In this document: piece by piece, positions 8,439 through 16,830 of the stretch
How positions within the stretch are numbered: the stretch's first letter is position 1
Layout of the letters: every line of letters starts with the position of its first letter
Assembly (NCBI GenBank): GCA_038741355.1
Contig: JAVYLC010000013.1
Location: 1-40,341 of the forward strand
Source: Nitrososphaerota archaeon
GTDB lineage: Archaea > Thermoproteota > Nitrososphaeria_A > Caldarchaeales > Calditenuaceae
DNA length: 40,341 bases
Reading direction: 5' to 3'
The notes under the pieces: model-generated
The model's input: the letters and a program-made list of their open reading frames with translations, nothing else
Database searches by the model: none
What the model was told of the DNA's origin: nothing
Translations under genes and position numbers: made by a program

Positions 8439-9050
8439 ATGTCAGGCGCCACAATAGAGTACAGCGGCCAGAAGAGCTACAAGGTAAGGCTGGGAAACAC
8501 TGCTAGAGAGCTCCCGGTCGTAAGGGTCTCAGAGAATATATGGATAGCTTCTGACGCAGAGGTAATTCTCGGAGATGTGGAGTTTATAGAGGCCGCGGCG
8601 CGCATGCTCGCAGACAGGGTTAGAGAATATGTTCCGGAGGTCATCCTCACAGCCGAGGCCAAGGCCCTCGCACTCGCATACGAAGTCGCAAAGCAGCTGG
8701 GCCACAGTGAGATGATAGTGGCTAGGAAGTCGATAAAAGCATACATGACTGATTACATCTCAGAGGAGTGCATATCCATAACCACCAGAGAGAAGCAGAC
8801 CCTCGTGTTGGCGAGAGAATCCGCAGAAAAACTAGTTGGAAAACGGGTCTGCATACTGGATGACGTAGTCTCAACCGGAGGAACAATCAACGCGCTGGAG
8901 AAGCTTGCAATGAGGGCAGGAGGCAAAGTTGTCTGCAGGGCCGCCATATGGCTGGAGGGCCCATGGTACTCAGGAAAACTAATCTACCTAGATAGACTAC
9001 CAATATTTCTGCGAGATCAACGGCAACTTCCCAAAGCACGAAGTAACTAA
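8439..9050 (+). CDS. Type I phosphoribosyltransferase (purine/nucleobase PRTase-like)
   Basis: PRPP-binding loop VCILDDVVSTGGT. About 200 aa. ATG 8439 lies 1 nt after the EcfT stop. Confidence 0.75.
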   Translation: MSGATIEYSGQKSYKVRLGNTARELPVVRVSENIWIASDAEVILGDVEFIEAAARMLADRVREYVPEVILTAEAKALALAYEVAKQLGHSEMIVARKSIKAYMTDYISEECISITTREKQTLVLARESAEKLVGKRVCILDDVVSTGGTINALEKLAMRAGGKVVCRAAIWLEGPWYSGKLIYLDRLPIFLRDQRQLPKARSN

Positions 9051-9490
9051 CCACTATTGGGAAGGACCAAAAACCGGCCAGCAGTCAACCCTCAAGAATA
9101 TATCTCCAAGCTCAACCACGACTTCTAAGCCTGATGCTGGCCGTCGCCGGCGCTGTAGGCACCACGTACGGTGTCCCAAACATGGTGAGCCTGAGGCCTG
9201 TTCGCGGGTTGAGAGGTAGCTACGTCCCGACGGCGCTCAACATCGTGCAACTGGTTTGCTGGACTGGGTTTGAGGTGATGATCACGGCTCAGGCTGCCTC
9301 TGTTTTGACTGGCTGGCTTTTCGGTACCGAGTTCTTCATAAACGGGAGAGCTAACCCGCCGTCGGTTGAGGAGTTCTACAGCCGTAGCGGCTTCAGAGCC
9401 GGAAGCTTCATAGTCTGGGTTTCGGGAATAGCTGTCTACGTAGCCTTAGTCCAGCTGGCTCCAAACATCGGAGCTTCTATTCCATCGTTC
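9047..9490 (+). pseudogene. Remnant of an NCS1 (CodB-like purine/cytosine) permease
   Basis: GAVGTTYGVPNMVSLRPVRGLRGSYVPTALNIVQLVCWTGFEV matches the CodB segment IGAKTGLTTHLLARFSFGVKGSWLPSLLLGGTQVGWFGVGV. The N-terminal TMs and most of the core are absent. Confidence 0.6.
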
Positions 9491-10333
9491 GCCGTCTCGA
9501 AGGAGCTGCTCTCTCCGATAGTCCTTAGGCTCAGCCCTACGTTGTTGTATTCTGGAACAATAAACAACGTGACAGTCTACCTGCAGAACACGGGCACAAC
9601 AACTATTAAGGCCATCACCGTAGAAACACCTCAAACAACATCGCAGGCTACATGGATTCAAGACAGCCCGCTGACGCTAGAATCTCTCGGGCCAGGTGAA
9701 GAACATGAGTTTAAAACACGTCTCTACATTACGCAAGGAGCCCCCTCCTCCTTGCCTCTCACCTTAAGAGTGACTTACTTCATGCAGGACAACGTTCCCA
9801 AGCAGGAGGAGAGGCAGATAGGGGTTATCGTCAAAGGACTTGTCAAGTTCGAGGTGGTTGACTACTCTGTTCTGCCTGAGAGGCCTTCTCCAGGCCAGGT
9901 TTTCTCCATCACAGCTGTGGTTGTCAACGTTGGAACGTCAACCGCTATGTCGGTTTCGATAAGGCCTGGTGAGGTACAGGGATTCAGGCCCTTCGGTCAG
10001 ACCCGCACCTTCCTCGGCGACGTTGCGGTCAACACACCCAGCTCAGTCACAATCTCCATGACAGTACTCAACACGACACGACCAGGCCCTAGCCAGATAC
10101 CATTGGTAATAACTTACAGGAACCAGCTGGGCGAATCCTTCACAGAGAGCTTGACAATCCCGGTTGTGGTGGGCCAGCCAGCACAGGGAGGCTTTAGGGG
10201 TGGCGCCGTCCAGACTACGGCAGCACAGCAGCCAGCCTTACTTCAAACCTCAGTGTGGACGGGTCTCATGGTAGCCGGGGCTTTAGCAGCTGGGCTAGTT
10301 GTCGGGCTCCTCGTGGGGAGGAGGAAACGTTGA
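9134..10333 (+). CDS. Chimeric ORF: permease-remnant TM segments fused to a COG1361/CARDB-like two-domain surface protein with a C-terminal TM anchor
   Basis: Residues from about 120 onward have Ig-like repeats (..INNVTVYLQNTGTTTIKAITVE.., ..VFSITAVVVNVGTSTAMSVSI..) and end with a TM helix plus RRKR. This protein family usually precedes FtsX-type permeases in archaea. Confidence 0.6.
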   Translation: MLAVAGAVGTTYGVPNMVSLRPVRGLRGSYVPTALNIVQLVCWTGFEVMITAQAASVLTGWLFGTEFFINGRANPPSVEEFYSRSGFRAGSFIVWVSGIAVYVALVQLAPNIGASIPSFAVSKELLSPIVLRLSPTLLYSGTINNVTVYLQNTGTTTIKAITVETPQTTSQATWIQDSPLTLESLGPGEEHEFKTRLYITQGAPSSLPLTLRVTYFMQDNVPKQEERQIGVIVKGLVKFEVVDYSVLPERPSPGQVFSITAVVVNVGTSTAMSVSIRPGEVQGFRPFGQTRTFLGDVAVNTPSSVTISMTVLNTTRPGPSQIPLVITYRNQLGESFTESLTIPVVVGQPAQGGFRGGAVQTTAAQQPALLQTSVWTGLMVAGALAAGLVVGLLVGRRKR

Positions 10334-11592
10334 AGCTAAGGGACGCCGTAATCCTCAGCATCAAGCCTTGGCGTGAAAGAAAAGTTAGAGTCTCTCTCCT
10401 AGTGCTGGCCATAGCTATAGGCGTGGCGAGCATTATCGCTTTGGTAGCCCAGACAACAGGAGCCAAGAGGATGATAGTGAACCAGCTGCAGGCACTCGGC
10501 CCAACCTCGATAGTGGTAACGCCGTTTGGAAGAACCCAGCTAACAGACGCCGACGTAGCTGTCATTTCATCACTACCCAACGTTGAATCGGTTGTGCCGA
10601 TGATGTCGGCAAGAGTGTATGTTCAGCGGTCTGGACAAGACGTCGAGCTAACCATGGTCGGCGTGGACCCCTCGCTACTACCCACCCTTCTAGGAGAGCT
10701 GAGGCTGAAGGAAGGGCAGATATACCCCAACACCATCGCTCCAATTGGAGTAGCTGGGTTTGAGGTTGCTTATCCATCTACGCTCGGCGGCGCTCAAGCA
10801 GTTATGCTCGCTCAACCGTTTTATGTAGAACAAAGATTCCAAACTTCCGCCCGCAGAGTTCCGGTTATAGTGGCTGGAATACTCGAGAGATACGGTGCAT
10901 CTGCGTTCGTCTCGATAGATAACTCCCTCTTCGTCTCCATCGGAGCGTTGCGTAGCATAACCAACATGAGAAACTACAACCTCATACTCGTTAGAGCTAA
11001 CAGCGTGGAAAACGTCCAGCTAGTCGTCGACCAGCTCACAGCCCTCTACGGCGACAGAACACGTATCCTAGCACTGCAAACACTTTCGCAGACGGTTGGG
11101 TCGGTTATATAGTCTTTCGGCATTCTTTTAGGCTCGGTGGCGGCTATTTCGCTGACTGTAGCCGGGCTCGGAATAGCCAACATAATGCTCATCTCCGTAA
11201 TAGAGAGGACCAAAGAGATAGGCGTTATGAAGGCCGTAGGATACAGCGGTAGAGAGATCCTCAACATCTTCCTGCTGGAGTCTCTGATGATAGGGCTTGT
11301 GGGCGGTCTGGTCGGCGTGGTCCTAGGCATGGTCGGAGCATTTAGCATTCCAAACCTCATCTCCTTGTTCCAAGCTGGAGGAGTGTTTCGACAACCGAGT
11401 GGTCCACAGATGTTCGGCCCGCCCACCGCCTCGACAGCTGGAGGCGCTTCGTTTTCCCTGACGCCGGTAATAACTCCTGAAAACGTCGCCGTAGCCTATC
11501 TCTTCGCAGCATTCATCAGCGTCGCCGCAGGCATATATCCGGCGTGGAGAGCCAGCAGAATGGACGCCGTTAAAGCTTTGAAATACGAGTAG
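10330..11592 (+). pseudogene. MacB/FtsX-family ABC permease interrupted by an in-frame TAG (11110-11112)
   Basis: The N-terminus LKLRDAVILSIKPWRERKVRVSLLVLAIAIGVASIIALV and the C-terminal FtsX domain (..[19 protein letters not shown]..) are in the same frame (ORFs 10255-11112 and 11137-11592). TTG 10330 overlaps the upstream stop (TTGA). Confidence 0.75.
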
Positions 11593-11617
11593 CTTCAACG
11601 ATTGAGCCGTTGAAGCT
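11591..11617 (+). terminator. Perfect 10-bp stem / 7-nt loop hairpin overlapping the FtsX stop codon by 2 nt
   Basis: agcttcaacg-attgagc-cgttgaagct. A weaker cttcag/ctgaag hairpin follows at about 11633-11663. Confidence 0.35.
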
Positions 11618-11797
11618 GGAGCAGAGGCAAAGCTTCAGTCCTACCGAGCTACGACGGCTGAAGTATGCCAAAAAATCGCGTCCCCACGGCTATGTTTCAA
11701 ACCTTTCAAGAATTCTCTTTTGCCGAAGAACTGGGATACTTTTGAGACAACACCATAAACTAGCCTAAGCAGGGGAGGGGATTTGCAGGCTGGCTTT

Positions 11798-12646
11798 TTA
11801 TGCAGGGGTGTTGTAGTTCTGCCAGAACCATAGGTACTTGTAGACGTTTATATCCCACGCAAGTCCAAACCCCAGATTAAGCCGAGGGTTTGAAAGCACA
11901 TACCAGCCCTCCCTCATATTTGCTATGAATGAAGTCTCCTCTGCAACGGTGTCTCTAGCGGGGACTATGCTCAGGTCTATGGGCTTTCCGTCTTTTCCAG
12001 GGACGATAGGCCAGTCATAGGTCCCTGGTAATATTCTGCCGTAAGGCTCTCCCTCCAAGACTATCACTTCTGCCGGCGTCGGTATTCGAATACTGCAGTT
12101 GGGTTCTAGGAATGGCTCGCCGAATGATGAGTGCTGTAGCCAGGAGTATTCTAGAGATTGGTTGCTCGGGTTGTGGAGTCTTTCCTTGAAATAGATTTTC
12201 TCCTCATCCCGCACCACTTTCACCCACTTATCAAGTCTGAAAGGATATCTTACCCCCTCAGCCCAAAGATGGGCTGAAACTTCATCAACACTTTCCTCTA
12301 ATATTTCGCAGTTCCATGGAAGCATAGGGGACTCCGCGTGGACACCGAGTACTGCTCCTCTATGTGATACGCTTACACCTCCTGCGGAGGGGACAATATC
12401 TTGCCATCCACCCCCATAATAGTCAAGAAATCCACCCAAATTGTTAGGATTGGGGAAAGTCTCCCTTGCCGGACTCCTCCACCCGAGAGGTGAACGCCAC
12501 ATGAAGTCCAAATCTAACCGCTTATACCTAAGCTCCATCATATCTCCGCCTTTGTCTAGAATGAAGACCACCCTAATTCGAGAGTTCTCCATGATCAGTG
12601 TCCTCATATCGCGATATTTCCATTCAAGAGATATTCTGCAACACAT
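11798..12646 (-). CDS. Aldose-1-epimerase-like (galactose mutarotase fold, DUF4432-like) protein
   Basis: The N-terminal pattern IRVVFILDKGGDMMELRYKRLDLDFMWRSP and the later ..HSSFGEPFLE.. resemble mutarotase-like proteins. The assignment is from memory only. The C-terminus may be shortened. Confidence 0.4.
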   Translation of the reverse strand: MCCRISLEWKYRDMRTLIMENSRIRVVFILDKGGDMMELRYKRLDLDFMWRSPLGWRSPARETFPNPNNLGGFLDYYGGGWQDIVPSAGGVSVSHRGAVLGVHAESPMLPWNCEILEESVDEVSAHLWAEGVRYPFRLDKWVKVVRDEEKIYFKERLHNPSNQSLEYSWLQHSSFGEPFLEPNCSIRIPTPAEVIVLEGEPYGRILPGTYDWPIVPGKDGKPIDLSIVPARDTVAEETSFIANMREGWYVLSNPRLNLGFGLAWDINVYKYLWFWQNYNTPA

Positions 12647-12951
12647 CAAAACATGTTGCTCATTATATTATTTAATATTTTTGCGGCAAATAAAACCAAT
12701 AATGATGTCAATATCTGTATTGATGTGTTCTGATCTTAATTTGGAAGATGTGCGGTAACACCCTTTTAGAGAACTGTCTATGTGATAGATGGAAACAGTA
12801 TGGAGGAGGATATCGCTGAGACGAACACCCTTAGAGCAAGGATTCTAGTCTCCATGATTTGTTAAATGTTCTCGGAGATCTTTCGTACTGCTCAGACCTA
12901 GGCGGTGGGGATGCTGGAAAACCGGTCAGCTGCCAATTCTCCGGAAGGCTC

Positions 12952-13974
12952 TTATGGCTTCACTATCGCTTTTATAGCTTTCCTCTTTTGCATAACTTCT
13001 AATGCCTCTTCTATTTTTTCGAGTGTGAATATATGCGTGATTATGGATGAAGGTTTGAATGCCCTGCTCTCCATTAGGCTTAGTGCCTCATGGTAGTTTT
13101 TTCTCAGGGCGTCGGCGCTGCCTGTTATTGTTAGCTCGCTGTAGTGTATCCTGTTGGGGCTGATGTTTGTCTTGTAGTCTGGGTGTGAGCCGGCGAAGAT
13201 GCTTATGCGGCCGCCCTTGGATACAAGCCTCAGGGCGCTTGACATGGCGTCTTTATTGTTTATCGCGAGGATGACTGCGTCGGCCCCGTAACCATCTGTG
13301 GCCTCCATAACGGCTTTGTAGGGGTCGATTTCAAGCGAGTTTATCACTAGGTCCGCCCCGAGTGTGTCTGCCATCTTAAGCCTTTCTTCATGATGTCCAA
13401 TCACGATGACTCTCGATCCGAGATTTCTTATGAGCTGGAGATGTAGGAGCCCCATGGGGCCGTCGCCTATGATCGCGACTGTGTCATCAGGCTTTAGGTC
13501 CAGTTGCTCGATAGCGTGGAGGCAGCATGCTGTAGGCTCTGTCAGGCATGCGTCCTCGACCCTAATGTTTTCTAGTATCCTAATCAGGTTCTGCTCAGGG
13601 ACTTTAATGTATTCTGCAAACCCTCCATGAATATACCTTTTCTCGGCGCAGAGATTCTCCCTCCCCTCCCTACAATACTTGCACAAACCACATGAGGTGA
13701 TTATGTAGGGCACGACCCTGTCACCCTCTCTAATCGCCGTGACGCCCGGCCCAATGCTGACGACCACACCAGCCCACTCGTGGCCTGTAAAGCCTGGACT
13801 AGACCTGCCGAAGGGCGTCTCACGATAGCTCTTCAACCCGTTAAAGAACTTCAAGTCACTGGCACATATCCCACACGCCTCCACGCGGACCAGCACTTCC
13901 CGCTCAGCTAGGACTGGTATCGAGGCTTCCTCGATAACCACTTCACGGGGGGATAAGACGAAGGCAGCCTTCAT
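12952..13974 (-). CDS. Zn-dependent medium-chain dehydrogenase (polyol/threonine dehydrogenase-like)
   Basis: CGICASDL, GHEWAGVV, structural-Zn Cys cluster CGLCKYCREGRENLC, and Rossmann motif IIGDGPMG. Confidence 0.85.
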   Translation of the reverse strand: MKAAFVLSPREVVIEEASIPVLAEREVLVRVEACGICASDLKFFNGLKSYRETPFGRSSPGFTGHEWAGVVVSIGPGVTAIREGDRVVPYIITSCGLCKYCREGRENLCAEKRYIHGGFAEYIKVPEQNLIRILENIRVEDACLTEPTACCLHAIEQLDLKPDDTVAIIGDGPMGLLHLQLIRNLGSRVIVIGHHEERLKMADTLGADLVINSLEIDPYKAVMEATDGYGADAVILAINNKDAMSSALRLVSKGGRISIFAGSHPDYKTNISPNRIHYSELTITGSADALRKNYHEALSLMESRAFKPSSIITHIFTLEKIEEALEVMQKRKAIKAIVKP

Positions 13975-14117
13975 AGCGGCGGAATAAACTAATCATCCCT
14001 ATCGATATATAACTTAGCCGGGCAGTTACTGTGCTTAGGAATTTTCGATGGGGCTCGGATGGGCGGCTCTTACGGAGAAGTAGTTATTTTAACTTCCGTA
14101 GGGTTTAGATTACGTGG

Positions 14118-15134
14118 ATGGCGATTATGAGTCCGAGGATAGCTATTGTAAACTCGTCAACCTTTGGGGCATATACGCGGGTGCTTGAGAGGCTCAGCAA
14201 GGTTGGAGAGGTTGTCCAAATAAATGTGCCGAGAGATATTAGTGGAAAAGAGCTAGCCTTCCGCCTCAGGGGGTTCCAGTTTGTCGTAGCCAGCACGAAT
14301 CCCAGATATGATAAAGAGTTCTTCAGTGCGAATACTGATATAGTTTTGTTGGCGCGAAACGGCATTGGTTTGGACAATATAGACGTGAAAGCTGCTACAG
14401 AGAGCGGTGTAGTTGTGACGAGGGTGCCTGGAGAGGTGGAGAGAGAGGCCGTTGCAGAGCTCGCCGTTGCCTTAATGCTTGACGCTACCCGCTCGGTCTC
14501 GGCGGCCTACATCGCCGTTAGGGAGGGGAGGTGGAATGAGAGGGGCCGGTTTATCGGGTTTGAACTCAGGGGCAAAACCGTGGGGATTATCGGTCTGGGA
14601 AACATTGGTAGGAGGGTTGCCGAGATACTGTCTAAAGGGTTCGACGCTAAGGTTCTTGCCTATGATCCTTACATCTCCGAAGACGCTGCGGCTAGCATCG
14701 GGGTTAAGCTCACAGACTTAGAGACACTCTTAAAAGAATCCGACATCGTCACGCTCCACGCCCCGCTTACAGAGGAGACGCGCCATATCATAAACGTGGA
14801 GACGATTGCGTTGATGAAGAATGGCTCTATACTGGTTAACACGGCTAGGGGGGGTCTCGTTGATACGGGCGCCTTAGTTGAGGCTCTGAGGTCCGGCAAG
14901 CTGAGATATGCTGCGCTAGATGTTGTCGAGGGAGATTATGTGAACCCGCAGCACCCACTCCTACAGTTCGAGAATGTCGTAGTTACGCCTCATATTGGCG
15001 CCTACACTTATGAGTCATTCGGCGGGATCGACGAGTGTGTCGCTGAGGCGATAGAGGCGGTTGCTAAGGGTGAGATGCCCCAACATGTAGTGAATCCTGA
15101 AGTATATCAGGAGCGTGTAAGAAAATTGGCGTAA
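14118..15134 (+). CDS. D-isomer-specific 2-hydroxyacid dehydrogenase (glyoxylate/hydroxypyruvate reductase or PGDH-like)
   Basis: GIIGLGNIGRRVA NAD motif, ..NTARGGLVD.., and the catalytic region TPHIGA. Confidence 0.85.
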   Translation: MAIMSPRIAIVNSSTFGAYTRVLERLSKVGEVVQINVPRDISGKELAFRLRGFQFVVASTNPRYDKEFFSANTDIVLLARNGIGLDNIDVKAATESGVVVTRVPGEVEREAVAELAVALMLDATRSVSAAYIAVREGRWNERGRFIGFELRGKTVGIIGLGNIGRRVAEILSKGFDAKVLAYDPYISEDAAASIGVKLTDLETLLKESDIVTLHAPLTEETRHIINVETIALMKNGSILVNTARGGLVDTGALVEALRSGKLRYAALDVVEGDYVNPQHPLLQFENVVVTPHIGAYTYESFGGIDECVAEAIEAVAKGEMPQHVVNPEVYQERVRKLA

Positions 15135-15137
15135 AAT

Positions 15138-15150
15138 CAAATTTATATGA
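15138..15150 (+). promoter_or_regulatory. TATA box (aaatttatatga) for the cupin PGI gene
   Basis: Centred about 38 nt upstream of ATG 15182. Confidence 0.4.
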
Positions 15151-15181
15151 TCGATCACCCCTAGTGTATACGTAAGCAATC

Positions 15182-15745
15182 ATGTTATTCTCCGCCAAAA
15201 TCGATTTGGCTAAACGGATAATCGAGCCGCATACAAAACACAATGTGGTGAGGCTTTCCGCTCTGAAGGAGTACTTCAGTGACCAAGTCGAGGTTGAGAG
15301 GATGATCAGCAGCCTCGGAGACATAATCATCTACGAATATTTTGAGAATATTTTTGAGGTTAAGGAGGGGAACGTGAACTTTGGGTTGACGGTATTGTAT
15401 CCCGGGAAGGTTGGGCGGGAGTATTTCCTGACCCGTGGTCATTTCCATGAGAAACGGGCTGCGGAGATCTATGTAGGCTTAGAGGGTGAGGGGGTCATCC
15501 TGATGCAGTCGGAGGATGGGAAGGTGGAGTGGCGGCCCCTCGATCCTAACACCGTCGTTTACGTGCCGCCGGGTTGGGGGCATCGAACAATAAACACGGG
15601 CAACCAGAGACTAACATTCTTCTTCGCCTATCCCGCAGATGCTAGGCATGATTATGAGATTGTTAGGAAGAAGGGCTTCGCAAAACTGGTCGTGGAGGAG
15701 AATGGACACCCAGTTGTGATAGATAACCCCCGCTATCAAACATGA
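15182..15745 (+). CDS. pgiA: Cupin-type glucose-6-phosphate isomerase (cPGI)
   Basis: Near-collinear match to the Pyrococcus furiosus cPGI core, including TVLYPGKVGREYFLTRGHFH, VVYVPPGWGHRTIN, YPADARHDY and VVIDNPRY. Confidence 0.85.
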   Translation: MLFSAKIDLAKRIIEPHTKHNVVRLSALKEYFSDQVEVERMISSLGDIIIYEYFENIFEVKEGNVNFGLTVLYPGKVGREYFLTRGHFHEKRAAEIYVGLEGEGVILMQSEDGKVEWRPLDPNTVVYVPPGWGHRTINTGNQRLTFFFAYPADARHDYEIVRKKGFAKLVVEENGHPVVIDNPRYQT

Positions 15746-15746
15746 A

Positions 15747-15775
15747 TTTTCTTTTTATGATTAATTCATCTTTTT
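15747..15775. terminator. Oligo-T tracts between convergent genes
   Basis: ttttcttttt and ctttttt lie in the 43-nt gap between cPGI and the MDR dehydrogenase. Confidence 0.3.
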
Positions 15776-15788
15776 AGTGCTGTAAAAA

Positions 15789-16823
15789 CTATGGATTGAG
15801 AATTATTCTGAGGTTTTCGAGTTTTTGTGCTTCGCTGAAGCCGTTAACACCCTCTAACAGTGGGAGGCACATGCTTATCAGTAGTTTAAGGTCTATTCTG
15901 CCTGACGCCACTATGTTTAGAGCTTTCTTGAACTCGGACGGTGTTGACATGGATGTACCGAGCACCCTTATCTGTTTATAATGTATGATGTTTGTGTCTA
16001 TCTCAACCCCTTTGACGCCGGCCGGAAGTCCAGCAAAGTAGTTGACTGCTCCCCCTGGCCTAACCACTCTTAGTGCATCCCTCTGCGCATCGGGCACGCC
16101 GACGGCCACTACAACGGCGTCTGCCCCCTCACCGTCTGTGAGCCTCTGAACCTCCTTTGCAACGTCTACTCCCTCGCTCAGCAAGATTACATGGTCGGCT
16201 CCCAGCCGCTCAGCAAATCTTGCCCTCACCTCGCTCTTCTCACACATGATTATTTTGCTGAGGCCGAGCGTCTTAGCTAATAAAAGATGCATGAGCCCGA
16301 TTGGACCCGCGCCGAAGATTGCGAGGCTGTCTCCAGCGCTTAATCCGAGCTTTAGCTGCCCCCTTAGACAGTCTGACAGGGGCTCAACTAGGGCGGCCTC
16401 CTCCATGCTAATCCAGTCCGGTATCTCTTGGACGCATCCGACGGTGAAGGCTGCGGCTGGGATGACCATATATTCCGCAAATCCACCGTCAACGTCTATG
16501 CCAATCGCATACCTCTTAGGACATAGCACATGCTCTCCTCTTAGACAATAAACACAGCTACCGCAGAATATGTTTGGGTTCAGTGTTATACGCTTGTTCA
16601 ATAGCTCCTCTCTCCCCTTACCCGCATCCACAACTACACCCGCAACTTCATGCCCGAGAGTCACAGGAACTTTTGTCCTAGAGCCATAATTGTATGCCTT
16701 CAGGTCCGTAGCACATATTCCAGCGGCTGAAACTTTCAGAACAACCTCTCCATCTCTCGGAACCGGTCTATCAATCTCTTCGAGCCGAAGATCCTTCACG
16801 CCATATAGCCTGAGCGCCTTCAT
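15789..16823 (-). CDS. Zn-dependent medium-chain dehydrogenase (sorbitol/L-threonine dehydrogenase-like)
   Basis: The start is taken at MKALRLYG (ATG 16823), which leaves 7 nt (16824-16830) between it and the upstream gene's stop at 16831. Motifs are GICATDL, GHEVAGVV, CGSCVYCLRGEHVLC and IFGAGPIG. Confidence 0.85.
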   Translation of the reverse strand: MKALRLYGVKDLRLEEIDRPVPRDGEVVLKVSAAGICATDLKAYNYGSRTKVPVTLGHEVAGVVVDAGKGREELLNKRITLNPNIFCGSCVYCLRGEHVLCPKRYAIGIDVDGGFAEYMVIPAAAFTVGCVQEIPDWISMEEAALVEPLSDCLRGQLKLGLSAGDSLAIFGAGPIGLMHLLLAKTLGLSKIIMCEKSEVRARFAERLGADHVILLSEGVDVAKEVQRLTDGEGADAVVVAVGVPDAQRDALRVVRPGGAVNYFAGLPAGVKGVEIDTNIIHYKQIRVLGTSMSTPSEFKKALNIVASGRIDLKLLISMCLPLLEGVNGFSEAQKLENLRIILNP

Positions 16824-16830
16824 TCCCCCA

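Noticed and set aside
10255-10329. ATG 10255 as the start of the FtsX permease (ORF-track call).
   Set aside because: It would overlap the preceding gene by 79 nt in another frame and add a non-hydrophobic, low-complexity leader. TTG 10330 gives the canonical MKLRDA-type N-terminus and a TTGA stop/start overlap.
11110-11112. The in-frame TAG in the FtsX permease as a pyrrolysine codon or programmed recoding site.
   Set aside because: There are no pyl genes in the window. The lineage signals (crenarchaeal-type features) are not those of Pyl-using methanogens. Neighbouring genes are also decayed, so a nonsense mutation or sequencing error is more parsimonious.
12695-12735. C/D-box sRNA-like string aatgatgtcaatatctgtattgatgtgttctgatc in the intergenic region upstream of the mutarotase-like gene.
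   Set aside because: The candidate is only about 35 nt long. It has no proper D' box and only 3 nt between the C'-like and D-like boxes, so it cannot hold two roughly 12-nt guides. It most likely belongs to an AT-rich promoter region.
12799-12858. Interrupted inverted repeat atggag..gagac / gtctccat in the ADH-to-mutarotase intergenic region, considered as a structured RNA.
   Set aside because: The stem needs a 12-nt bulge and has only 5+6 bp. There are no supporting conserved motifs. It cannot be distinguished from chance without comparative data.
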